From Candidatus Micrarchaeia archaeon (GTDB lineage: Archaea; Micrarchaeota; Micrarchaeia; Norongarragalinales; CAINOH01): a DNA stretch of 20,879 nucleotides. The notes below the pieces were generated by a model, which was given only the letters and a program-made list of their open reading frames with translations, ran no database searches and was not told the origin of the DNA. Both the position numbers and the translations under genes were made by a program. Shown piece after piece: positions 8,710-16,470 of the stretch; the stretch's first letter is position 1; each line of letters opens with the position of its first letter. Where the stretch lies: the NCBI GenBank assembly GCA_046753405.1, contig JBHHTN010000007.1, forward strand, positions 1 to 20,879. Direction: 5' to 3'.

Positions 8710-8719
8710 TGGGTAAGTT

Positions 8720-11182
8720 ATGAGGAAGTCTGTTCGGTCCAAAAAGGTTTCAGCGTCAAAGGCTGCAAAGTCTAAAGACCAAGACCCTTCTTTTTTGAAA
8801 GACTTCAAGTCTACTGCTGAAATTCACGTTTCTGAAAAACTGGTTGACCAGATCATCGGCCAGGAAAAAGCCGTTGAAGTAATAAAGAAAGCGGCAAGGC
8901 AAAAGAGGAACGTTTTGCTCATCGGCATTCCCGGAACCGGCAAAAGCATGATTGCACAGGCAATGAGCGAGCTTATTCCGCTTCAAGAGTTGCAGGACAT
9001 TATAGTTGAAGCAAATCCGGATGACGAAAACGTTCCTAAAATAAAAGTTGTGAAAGCAGGGGATGCGCGAAAATTCGTTGCAGCCGAAAAAACCAAAGGC
9101 AAAATGGCCGGAGGCAACATAAACATCGTGTTGTTCGTTTTCATGGCCTTGTCTACCATGGTTCTCTTGTACTTTGGACCCGGGTTTTTCGGCGAAGTCA
9201 TCACGGCCGCGCTTTTAATCGGGTCGTTCATGATGGGCGCAGGACTCATGTTTGCCTCGCAACTCGGACGAGGCCGCCTGATGGCCGAGGCAGAGTCATT
9301 GAAAGTGCTTGTGGACAACAAGGGAAGGAAAAAAGCTCCTTTTGTTGAGGCAACAGGAGCCAAGGCAGGGTCTTTGCTTGGCGACGTGAGGCACGATCCC
9401 TTTCAATCTACAATTGACGAAACAAAATTGTATGTTAGGCGTAGTGGTGGAATGCAGAAAATTTCTTTTGGAGCTCTTTGGAAAGAGATGGTTAAGAAGT
9501 ATCCTGACTTGTTTGAGCGTCGTGAGGATGGTTACGAAGCAATAATGCTTCCCGAAAGTGAAGAGCTTTACACGCTTGGAGTAAAGGATGGGCAGGTTGT
9601 GGCAACGAGAATGCTTGTTATTAACCGCCGTCCATTTAAGGGAAAAATTGTTGCTACTTATTCAAATAAAGGACTGCTTGAAACTACTCCTGAACATGCG
9701 TACATTCTTTCTGACAAAGAGAAAAAAGCATCAGAACTGGATGCTGATGACGAGCTTTTGATATTGCAGGATAAGCAAATTGTCGAGGAAAAAATTTCTT
9801 CTAAATCGGAGAAGGATTTTGACGGTTGGGTTTACAACACTACGACGGATACTGGGAATTTTTTTGCCAACGATGTTCTAATTCACAACTCCGGCGGTCT
9901 TGGAACTCCTCCGCATTTGCGTGTTGAGGCGGGTTTTGTTCACAAGGCTAATAAGGGGGTTTTGTTTGTTGATGAAGTTGCGACTTTGAGGCAGAAGAGC
10001 CAACAAGAGTTGTTGACTGCAATGCAGGAGCGAAAGTACTCGATTACAGGTCAAAGCGAGATGTCAAGCGGGGCCATGGTGAGAACCGAGCCAGTTCCGT
10101 GCGATTTTGTTTTGGTTGCAGCGGGTAATTACACTGACTTGCGCAAGATGCATCCGGCTTTGCGCTCCAGGATAAGGGGTTATGGTTACGAGGTTTACAT
10201 GGAGAAGTCTATTCCAAGCAATGTTGAAAACATAAAGAGGCTTGTCCAGTTCATAGCGCAGGAAGTTAAAAAGGACGGTAAGATTCCGCATTTTGACAAA
10301 AGTGCGGTAGTTGAAATAATCAAAGAAGCACACAAGAGATCTGGTCGCAAGAATAAGCTTACTTTGAAGCTTCGCGACCTTGGCGGTTTGATTCGTGCTG
10401 CTGGGGACCTGGCAAAAGAGCAGGGCGCGCACCATGTTTCTGTTTCTCATGTTAGACGGGCAAAAGTGATTTCAAGTACTTTGGAGCAGCAGGCAATGGC
10501 GCAGTATATTTCCATTAGGAAGGATTACCAAGTGTTTCAGACCAGAGGCAAAGCCATTGGAAGAGTCAATGGTTTGGCGGTGATGGCTGACGCCGGGCTT
10601 GTGCTTCCGATTGTTGCAGAGGTCAGTCCTGCTGCAAGCAAGCTTGAGGGAAAAATTATTGCAACTGGCAAGCTTGAGAAAATTGCCGAGGAAGCAGTGC
10701 AAAACGTAAGTGTCATTATCAAAAAGCATTTGGGAAAAGACACGTCCAACTACGACGTGCACGTTCAATTTTTGCAGACTTATGAGGGAGTGGAAGGAGA
10801 CAGTGCCAGTGTTTCTGTTGCAACCGCGGTTATTTCCGCGTTGGAGGAAGCGCCCATTGACCAGAATATTGCAATGACTGGCTCGTTGTCGGTTCGCGGA
10901 GAGGTTTTGCCAGTGGGCGGTGTTACTGGGAAGGTTGAAGCTGCAATTGAAGCGGGTTTGACAAAGGTGCTTGTTCCCAAGGCAAACGAGGGAGACATTG
11001 TGCTTGAAGAGGCAAAGTTGAAAAAAGTGGAAATCATCCCAGTGTGCGACATCTTCGACGTTTTGGATCACGCGTTGTCAAAGTCAAAGAAGAAAAAGCA
11101 ATTGCTTGGAACAATCAAAGAAGAATTGGGAGGATCATTTGAAAGTTTTTCAGATGTTATTAAGACAAGGCGCGAAAAGTAA
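8720..11182 (+). CDS. lonB: Archaeal membrane-bound ATP-dependent Lon protease (LonB), interrupted by a mini-intein
   Basis: Walker A is GIPGTGKS. Two TM helices are inserted in the AAA module (NINIVLFVFMALSTMVLLYF and ITAALLIGSFMMGAGLMF). GDVRHDPFQ and SGGLGTPPHLRVEAGFVHKANKGVLFVDE flank the insert. There is a C-terminal Lon protease domain (SVATAVISAL, GEVLPVGGVTGK). Confidence 0.9.
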   Translation: MRKSVRSKKVSASKAAKSKDQDPSFLKDFKSTAEIHVSEKLVDQIIGQEKAVEVIKKAARQKRNVLLIGIPGTGKSMIAQAMSELIPLQELQDIIVEANPDDENVPKIKVVKAGDARKFVAAEKTKGKMAGGNINIVLFVFMALSTMVLLYFGPGFFGEVITAALLIGSFMMGAGLMFASQLGRGRLMAEAESLKVLVDNKGRKKAPFVEATGAKAGSLLGDVRHDPFQSTIDETKLYVRRSGGMQKISFGALWKEMVKKYPDLFERREDGYEAIMLPESEELYTLGVKDGQVVATRMLVINRRPFKGKIVATYSNKGLLETTPEHAYILSDKEKKASELDADDELLILQDKQIVEEKISSKSEKDFDGWVYNTTTDTGNFFANDVLIHNSGGLGTPPHLRVEAGFVHKANKGVLFVDEVATLRQKSQQELLTAMQERKYSITGQSEMSSGAMVRTEPVPCDFVLVAAGNYTDLRKMHPALRSRIRGYGYEVYMEKSIPSNVENIKRLVQFIAQEVKKDGKIPHFDKSAVVEIIKEAHKRSGRKNKLTLKLRDLGGLIRAAGDLAKEQGAHHVSVSHVRRAKVISSTLEQQAMAQYISIRKDYQVFQTRGKAIGRVNGLAVMADAGLVLPIVAEVSPAASKLEGKIIATGKLEKIAEEAVQNVSVIIKKHLGKDTSNYDVHVQFLQTYEGVEGDSASVSVATAVISALEEAPIDQNIAMTGSLSVRGEVLPVGGVTGKVEAAIEAGLTKVLVPKANEGDIVLEEAKLKKVEIIPVCDIFDVLDHALSKSKKKKQLLGTIKEELGGSFESFSDVIKTRREK
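9407..9889 (+). mobile_element. Mini-intein (161 aa, no endonuclease domain) in the DPFQ|SGGLGTP motif of LonB
   Basis: It starts with Ser (STIDETKL...) and has a Hint block B-like LLETTPEHAYIL. It ends VLIHN followed by Ser +1. The predicted spliced product DPFQSGGLGTP matches the native archaeal LonB motif. No LAGLIDADG or HNH blocks were seen. Confidence 0.7.
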
Positions 11183-11197
11183 TTGTTTTACTTCTAG

Positions 11198-11228
11198 TTT
11201 TTTTTCGTCGAACAGCGAAAAAAAGGGC
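11198..11228 (+). terminator. T8 tract plus U:A-rich inverted repeat downstream of the lon stop; a putative bidirectional terminator
   Basis: T8 spans 11198-11205. The sequence TTTTTTTCG-tcgaacag-CGAAAAAAA is a 9-bp inverted repeat that gives a T-run on both strands. Confidence 0.4.
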
Positions 11229-11599
11229 AAAGTTTATAAACTAGGTGGTTGCAAGTTACTATTCATCGAATTTTGAAGAGAAAGTGTGGTTAAGAGAGGG
11301 TAAACAGCGCATTTCAAAACGTCTTTTTCTCCGGATTGCCTCCGAGGGGTTTTTCACGCCTTTTACTTGCTCTCTTTTCCACCTGTGTTTGGTTTTCTAT
11401 TTTTTTCCAAGTTTTTCCCTTTTTTTTGCGCCTCACCTTCCGGTTTTTTATGCCGCGTTTATTACGCCGTACTCCTTAATATATTTTACGGTTTTTCCTG
11501 CCTCCGTTTTCCAAAACAAGCCCACTGAAGCCTTTTTACGGGATAAAGAGCTTTCTGTGGCCTTTTTGAAACTGTTGCTTTTGTTGTGTTTGAAAAGCG

Positions 11600-11790
11600 A
11601 TGGTCTGCAAACCTAAAAAAGCGAGAAGGCGCCAAAAAAAAGGTTTGCTTCATTCCGAAAGCTTATGCGGAATTTCCGTATGGAATTCCCTTGTTGCTTT
11701 CGGTATAAAAAGTTCCGGTAAGACATTCTACAAAGTAGATAAAATGAGCGTGCATTCTTCTTGCAAGAAATGCGTGATCCATACCGGTTT
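11600..11790. other. Cluster of perfect inverted repeats and stem-loops in non-coding DNA; a candidate structured ncRNA or protein-binding sites
   Basis: An 8-bp stem GCAAACCT (11607-11614) pairs with AGGTTTGC (11641-11648) around a symmetric loop aaaaaaGCGAGAAGGCGCCaaaaaaa. ATTCCG (11652-11657) pairs with CGGAAT (11668-11673). TTCC-gtat-GGAA follows. CCGGTA (11715-11720) pairs with TACCGG (11782-11787) and encloses a CTAC-aaa-GTAG hairpin and the 12-nt palindrome TTCTTGCAAGAA (11758-11769), which is flanked by GCAT/ATGC. Confidence 0.25.
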
Positions 11791-11835
11791 TGCCTCGAAT
11801 AAAAAGGGTAACCGAAGTTAATAAACGTTGTTGTT

Positions 11836-12681
11836 TTAGTGTTTTCTTTTTTTGGTTAGTCTCGCGTATTCTGTTTGGTAAGGCCTTAAAAAGAATTCGT
11901 TGAACTGTCTTTTTTTTACAAGTCCTCTGATTTTTGTGAAGTCTGTTGTCAGTTTTCTTATGTCTTTGGCTTTTTCTTTTTCGGATGCAGCGTTTGTTTT
12001 CGCGTTTTCCAAGTCTACGAGGTAGAAGTGCGGAAACGGGTTTTTTTTACTGTTAACAGTTTTTGAGGTTCCCAGTTTTATCAGCAGGTTTTTTGCCCTC
12101 AGATCGCCAAGGATGGTGTTTTTCGAGTGCAGGTGTGCAATGAATTCAGCTACGCGGTTGAGGGTGTGTTTTTTGTCGGCTATTCGCAGGGTTTTCCAGT
12201 TTATTGCAAGAAGGGGGATTGCACCTTCTTTAAGGTGCGTTATGAGCCATCCACGTCTGTATTTCTTTCCGGGTTTTTTCTTTTCGCCTTTCCTGTATTT
12301 TTCGAAAACGCAGCCTACTACTCGTACTGCGTTTATTTTAGGTTCAAATGTTCTTATTTTTTTGAGTGCTTTTGCTTCGTTGGTCAGTTTTTCTGAGCTT
12401 AAGTGGGGTTTTATGACCAGTTTAATTGTTGTTTTTGGTTTTTTGGGGTCGTCCACCACGTTAACTGGGAAAACCCGGTGGCTTGAGTCTCCTGCGAGCA
12501 TTAGTTCTACTTCTTGGTGTTTGCCGGTTCTGCTGTCTGGTAAGAGATAGTGTCCTTTTTCTTCAAGAAGTTCGCGAAGTTTTCCGCGGTCGAACGGTGG
12601 TTCTAACTTGAAGACGAATCTTTCTGAGTTTTCCCATTTTTCTGTTTTGACCATTAGCGTATTATACCTGAAAAACAGCAA
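11836..12681 (-). CDS. Putative atypical protein kinase with a Bud32/RIO/Kdo-like fold
   Basis: A catalytic-loop-like HSKNTILGDLRAKNLLI (the HxDLxxxN pattern with Leu replacing His) is present. A DFG-position-like YLVDLE and a VAIK-like KLVIKP are also present. The alternative ATG start at 12654 (MVKTEKW) may be the true start. Confidence 0.5.
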   Translation of the reverse strand: MLFFRYNTLMVKTEKWENSERFVFKLEPPFDRGKLRELLEEKGHYLLPDSRTGKHQEVELMLAGDSSHRVFPVNVVDDPKKPKTTIKLVIKPHLSSEKLTNEAKALKKIRTFEPKINAVRVVGCVFEKYRKGEKKKPGKKYRRGWLITHLKEGAIPLLAINWKTLRIADKKHTLNRVAEFIAHLHSKNTILGDLRAKNLLIKLGTSKTVNSKKNPFPHFYLVDLENAKTNAASEKEKAKDIRKLTTDFTKIRGLVKKRQFNEFFLRPYQTEYARLTKKRKH

Positions 12682-12724
12682 ATAAAAAAAGCGCGGTTTT
12701 GATGAAAATTTGCTTTGTTTTCAA

Positions 12725-13936
12725 TTAGTACCGCACGATTATTTTTTCGCTTATTTTGCTTATTTGGTCGAAGTCGAAGTCTATTTTTTGGCTGTTTATG
12801 GTTTTGACTTCGAAGAAGTTTTTTTCCGGGCTCACTTTTTTTATTGTGCCTATTGAACCGCCTAGTTCGGAGTAGACTTCTTTGCCTTCTAGGTTCAGGT
12901 TTGCAATGAGGTTGTTTTTGAGTTCTCGGGATAGGCGTATTACTATGAACAAGGCGGCTGTTGACAGGAGCATTAGGTAGAATATGTTTTGGAAGCTGTC
13001 GTTTCCGAGTATCCATTCGGAGGCGCTGTAGAATACGAGTGATAGTAGTACTATGGAGCTTGCGTGGTTTATTTCATCTGCAATCAGGTACCTTTTTTTG
13101 CGGCTTAGGTGTTGTACGGTGTTGCCTGCTACTATTAGTAGGAGGGAGGCGGTGAACAGCAGTAGGAATGTTTTGGTGAATTGTGCGGCTAGTTTTACTC
13201 CTCCCAATCCGCTTGAAAGCGTGTTGTCTGCGGCGACGAAGAGGGCCACTATTGCTATTGGTATTGATAGGAAGTAGAAGACGAATGAGGGGTTGTCGAT
13301 GCTTACTTGTATTGAGGAGATTTTTCTCAGGATTACTTCTTCTATTCCGAAGCCTTTTATGAGGAGGTAGGCGCCGAGGAGGCCTATGAATACTCTGATT
13401 CCTGCGTCTGCAAGCCAGAAGTACAGCAGTAGGGCTATTGCGGGTATGCCGAACACGATTCGTGCGTAGTGTGGTTCTTTTAGTTTTTCAAGGATTACAA
13501 AGTATGTTTTTTCGAGTTCTTTTGTTTGGCGTACTATTACGTGGCGCACGCTTGTTATTTTTACGCGGGATTGGATTATGGGGATGACTTGGTCGTCGTG
13601 GGCGCTGTCGCTTACAAAAACGCATTCGTCTGCTTGGAATTTTGTGAGGACTTTTTCCAGTTGGCTTGTTATTTCGCGGTCTGCGTAGAAGCCTAGCCGG
13701 GAATTTCCGGTTATTGTGGCTACTTCTGTTTTGTAGTCTTGGCTTAGCTGGTCGTATTCTTTTACTGCTTGGAAGATGGTGTTTGAATCGGTTTCTGCGG
13801 GGTCTTTTAGCGCGAGTTTGGTTGCGGCTTTGATGTTTGCTTCTCTTCCTATTATTGGCCCTCGCAAACCGGTTTTTTCTCCTACGTCGTTGTCTACGTC
13901 TGTTGCTATTATTAGCATTTTTTTTGTTTTGGCCAT
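12725..13936 (-). CDS. Polytopic membrane protein resembling the archaeal DUF373 family
   Basis: The N-terminal cytoplasmic domain MLIIATDVDNDVGEKTG resembles the DUF373 N-terminus. At least 6 TM helices follow. It sits 43 nt upstream of the kinase gene on the same strand. Confidence 0.45.
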   Translation of the reverse strand: MAKTKKMLIIATDVDNDVGEKTGLRGPIIGREANIKAATKLALKDPAETDSNTIFQAVKEYDQLSQDYKTEVATITGNSRLGFYADREITSQLEKVLTKFQADECVFVSDSAHDDQVIPIIQSRVKITSVRHVIVRQTKELEKTYFVILEKLKEPHYARIVFGIPAIALLLYFWLADAGIRVFIGLLGAYLLIKGFGIEEVILRKISSIQVSIDNPSFVFYFLSIPIAIVALFVAADNTLSSGLGGVKLAAQFTKTFLLLFTASLLLIVAGNTVQHLSRKKRYLIADEINHASSIVLLSLVFYSASEWILGNDSFQNIFYLMLLSTAALFIVIRLSRELKNNLIANLNLEGKEVYSELGGSIGTIKKVSPEKNFFEVKTINSQKIDFDFDQISKISEKIIVRY

Positions 13937-14041
13937 TTTGTTTTTTTTTTAAACCTCTTTGTTTGTTTTTACTTATCATTGTTTTTTAATAAGTAGGGTT
14001 TTTTAAGTTGGAAAAACGCTTTTTTTAACTAGGGATTTGAA

Positions 14042-15049
14042 GTGGATAGGCAGGCTTTTGTTTTTGTAGCGGTTATTTCCGCGGCGCTTGTTATCGCGGG
14101 TATTGTTCTTTCTGGGGGTATTCCTTTGTGGCAGTTTTTCTTGCTGCTTTTGGTTGGAGTTCCCGTAGTGCTTTTTTTTCCTTATCGCGTTGTGGTAAAG
14201 GAGTACGAGCGCATTGTCGTTTTTCGTTTTGGAAAGTTTGTGGGTGTCCAGGGGCCAGGTTGGTTTTGGCATTTTTCTCGGATTGAAACGTACGAGAGAG
14301 TTGACTTGCGGGTGCAGGCTGTTGATATTCCTCCTCAGCAGGTTATCACCCGTGACAACATAGAGTTTACGATTGACGCTGTTATTTACTTGAAAGTTGT
14401 TGACGCTGAAAAAGCGATTACTACTGTTAAGGATTACAAGGGCGCGGCGGTTTTTTTCACTCAGACGCAGATTCGCAACAGTATTGGAAAGCTTTTGCTT
14501 GAAGAGGTCATTGCCAGGACCGAGGAGGTTAACGAGCAGGCTCGCGCTGCTTTGGATGATGTGGCTTCGAAGTGGGGCATTAAGACAGTCAAAGTGGAGA
14601 TTCAGACTATTACTCCGCCGGAGGAATTGGTTGTTGCCATGCGCAAGCGGATGGAAGCGCAGGTGTTGAAGGCAAGGGTTGAAACAGAGGCGCAGGCTCG
14701 ACAGGTTTCAATTGACATTTTGGATAAGGCTGCAAGCAAGATGAGTGACCGTACGTTGGCTTATCTTTACTTGGATGCGTTGAAGAAGATTGCGGATGGC
14801 AAGAGCAGCAAGATTATTTTTCCGCTTGAATTGTCGCGTTTGGCCTCGGTGATTTCGAAAACGCTTTCGCCTGCGCGTTCAGATGAAATGAAGACTGCGG
14901 TTAAGGATTTGTCTTCTGAGACCAAAAAAGGCAGAGGGGGCGACGAGGTTGATTACGATAAGGTTGTTGACGAGTTGTTGAAGGCGTACAGGCGTAAGCA
15001 GTCCGAGTTTTTGGATGATGGTGGGAGCAAAAAAGTTGTTTCTTCTTGA
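14042..15049 (+). CDS. SPFH/Band-7 (stomatin/prohibitin-like) membrane protein
   Basis: An N-terminal TM anchor is followed by an SPFH core (YERIVVFRFGKFVGVQGPGWFW, DLRVQAVDIPPQQVITRDN) and a coiled-coil tail. The start is GTG at 14042. Confidence 0.8.
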   Translation: MDRQAFVFVAVISAALVIAGIVLSGGIPLWQFFLLLLVGVPVVLFFPYRVVVKEYERIVVFRFGKFVGVQGPGWFWHFSRIETYERVDLRVQAVDIPPQQVITRDNIEFTIDAVIYLKVVDAEKAITTVKDYKGAAVFFTQTQIRNSIGKLLLEEVIARTEEVNEQARAALDDVASKWGIKTVKVEIQTITPPEELVVAMRKRMEAQVLKARVETEAQARQVSIDILDKAASKMSDRTLAYLYLDALKKIADGKSSKIIFPLELSRLASVISKTLSPARSDEMKTAVKDLSSETKKGRGGDEVDYDKVVDELLKAYRRKQSEFLDDGGSKKVVSS

Positions 15050-15056
15050 AAATTTT

Positions 15057-15899
15057 TCATAGTACTATTGCATTGCTTTCTATGAGGGCGCCTATTGCCA
15101 GGAACAGTATTGCCCAGGACACCAGTTTTGCAACGTCGTAGAGGATGACTGCGAATTCCGGTTTTTTGTATGCTTTTCTTATTATTGCTCGGCTTAGGAT
15201 TCCTCCTGCCAGTGCTGCTGTTAGGTATGCCAAAAGTTCGAAGCTTCCGTGGGGGATTAGTCCGAATACTCCTCGGCTTAGCCCTACTGCCACGGAGTAC
15301 TCTGGTGCCATTTGGAAAACGTATTCTTGTGCGAGGCTTCCTATGAATACTCCGATTATGGACGCGTTCCAAATCAGTATGAATATGCTTCCTGCGCCGT
15401 AGACTACGGATGCAATTAGTATTATTGCCAGTACTTGGAGGTTGTTCATGAAGACCAGTTCGAATGCTTGTACCAGCGTGAATTTTGTTGCAAAACCGGT
15501 TGTTAGGGCTCCTTGAATTGCTTGCAGTTCGCTTATTTGGTTTTGGAATATGTGCGCGCTTAGTTCTTGCGGGAGTGCGAGGTGCCAGAAGGTGAACCCG
15601 ATTATTAGTCCGATGAAGTAGGCGACAAGGACGATGAGTACGTCAAGGTGGCGTGCGAGCGTGTGGCTGTGCAGCAGTTGTATTTCTCTTTCTGTTTGTT
15701 TTTCTTCGTATGAAAAAAAGGAGTTTATGAGGGGGATGGAGGGAAGGAGCACTGCGACTGTTGCCATGATTCCTGCGATGTTGCTTTCAAAGAATTGCGC
15801 TACCCATATACCTAGTGTTACAAAGAAGAAGCTTAACACGGTGATTTTAACTGGGTTTTTCGCGGCGCTTTCAGCGTCAACCAATGCTTCTAAAACCAT
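15057..15899 (-). CDS. SpoIIM-like / DUF95 family integral membrane protein
   Basis: There are 6 or more TM helices. GLIPHGSFELLAYLTAALAGG is characteristic of the stage II sporulation M / DUF95 family. Confidence 0.55.
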   Translation of the reverse strand: MVLEALVDAESAAKNPVKITVLSFFFVTLGIWVAQFFESNIAGIMATVAVLLPSIPLINSFFSYEEKQTEREIQLLHSHTLARHLDVLIVLVAYFIGLIIGFTFWHLALPQELSAHIFQNQISELQAIQGALTTGFATKFTLVQAFELVFMNNLQVLAIILIASVVYGAGSIFILIWNASIIGVFIGSLAQEYVFQMAPEYSVAVGLSRGVFGLIPHGSFELLAYLTAALAGGILSRAIIRKAYKKPEFAVILYDVAKLVSWAILFLAIGALIESNAIVL

Positions 15900-16006
15900 T
15901 TATGTTTTTTACCTTTGGAATTTTTGATGGTTTCCCGCGCTTGCTTTTTTTCAGAGGGGGGTTTCAAGCACATATGTATTTATAGGATTTGCAGGCATAA
16001 CTTTTT

Positions 16007-16390
16007 ATGACTTCTACAGATGGCCAGGATCTGAAACACGCGTATATCGAAGGTCGGTTGCTTGGTTTGAGTCAGTTGATTTCAATTTTAAAGGAAGCTG
16101 TTGGATCTGAAGAGGAAGAGGGTTCTCCTTTGCTTGTCAAGTCAATTGTCGGGCACATTTCAAGCGAGATGGACTCGATAATTGTTGATTTGAAAGAGCG
16201 CCATGGCGGCCTTCCGGTGTTGGAACAGGCGCAGGAAAAGTCAAAGCAGATTGCCTCGGGAGCGGCTCGTATTAATTCCTCTAAGGAAGCAAAAAAGCAT
16301 GTTGAGGCTGCCGATGACTTGATGAAGAACCTTCTTGAAATGAAGGAGGGTCAGGACGTCAAGGCTTCTGGCAAAAACGGAAGCGAGTAG
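16007..16390 (+). CDS. Hypothetical acidic, alpha-helical 127-aa protein
   Basis: The ATG is preceded by a TATA-like TATTTATAGG at about -35 to -25. There is no recognisable motif. It lies immediately upstream of csl4. Confidence 0.45.
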   Translation: MTSTDGQDLKHAYIEGRLLGLSQLISILKEAVGSEEEEGSPLLVKSIVGHISSEMDSIIVDLKERHGGLPVLEQAQEKSKQIASGAARINSSKEAKKHVEAADDLMKNLLEMKEGQDVKASGKNGSE

Positions 16391-16420
16391 CTTTTTAAAA
16401 AAAAACTCGCGTTCGTGTTT
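16383..16420 (+). terminator. Hairpin spanning the stop codon of the 127-aa ORF, followed by T-rich sequence
   Basis: GCGAGT (16383-16388) pairs with ACTCGC (16405-16410). The loop agcTTTTTaaaaaaaa can extend the stem. gttcgtgttt follows. Confidence 0.25.
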
Positions 16421-16470
16421 GATGTCTGTTTGTCGTGTTGACATAATTCGTTTGTGTTGTGGTTTAGAAA

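Noticed and set aside
8491-8719. Searched the intergenic gaps for tRNA, rRNA and CRISPR repeats
   Set aside because: No T-loop consensus (GGTTCRANTCC or its reverse complement) is present. No 16S or 23S signatures are present. No regularly spaced direct repeats are present anywhere in the window.
10472-11071. 199-aa ORF on the minus strand inside the lon protease domain
   Set aside because: It is antisense to the conserved Lon proteolytic domain. It is an artefact.
11710-11790. Considered RNase P RNA P4-like pairing (AGTTCCGG ... TACCGGTTTT)
   Set aside because: It only loosely resembles the conserved GGAAAGUCCGGGCUCC and CCCGGCUUA strands. The enclosed distance (about 70 nt) is far too short for an RNase P RNA.
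11245-11821. Two plus-strand ORFs (123 aa and 73 aa) in the long spacer
   Set aside because: The 123-aa product is F/L/S/P-rich, as expected from translating a pyrimidine-rich sequence. Neither ORF has motifs or a plausible promoter, so the region is treated as non-coding.
13488-13979. 163-aa Arg/Lys-rich ORF on the minus strand overlapping the DUF373 gene
   Set aside because: It is an out-of-frame reading of a purine-rich stretch within the membrane-protein gene. Its extreme R/K/N composition is a translation artefact.
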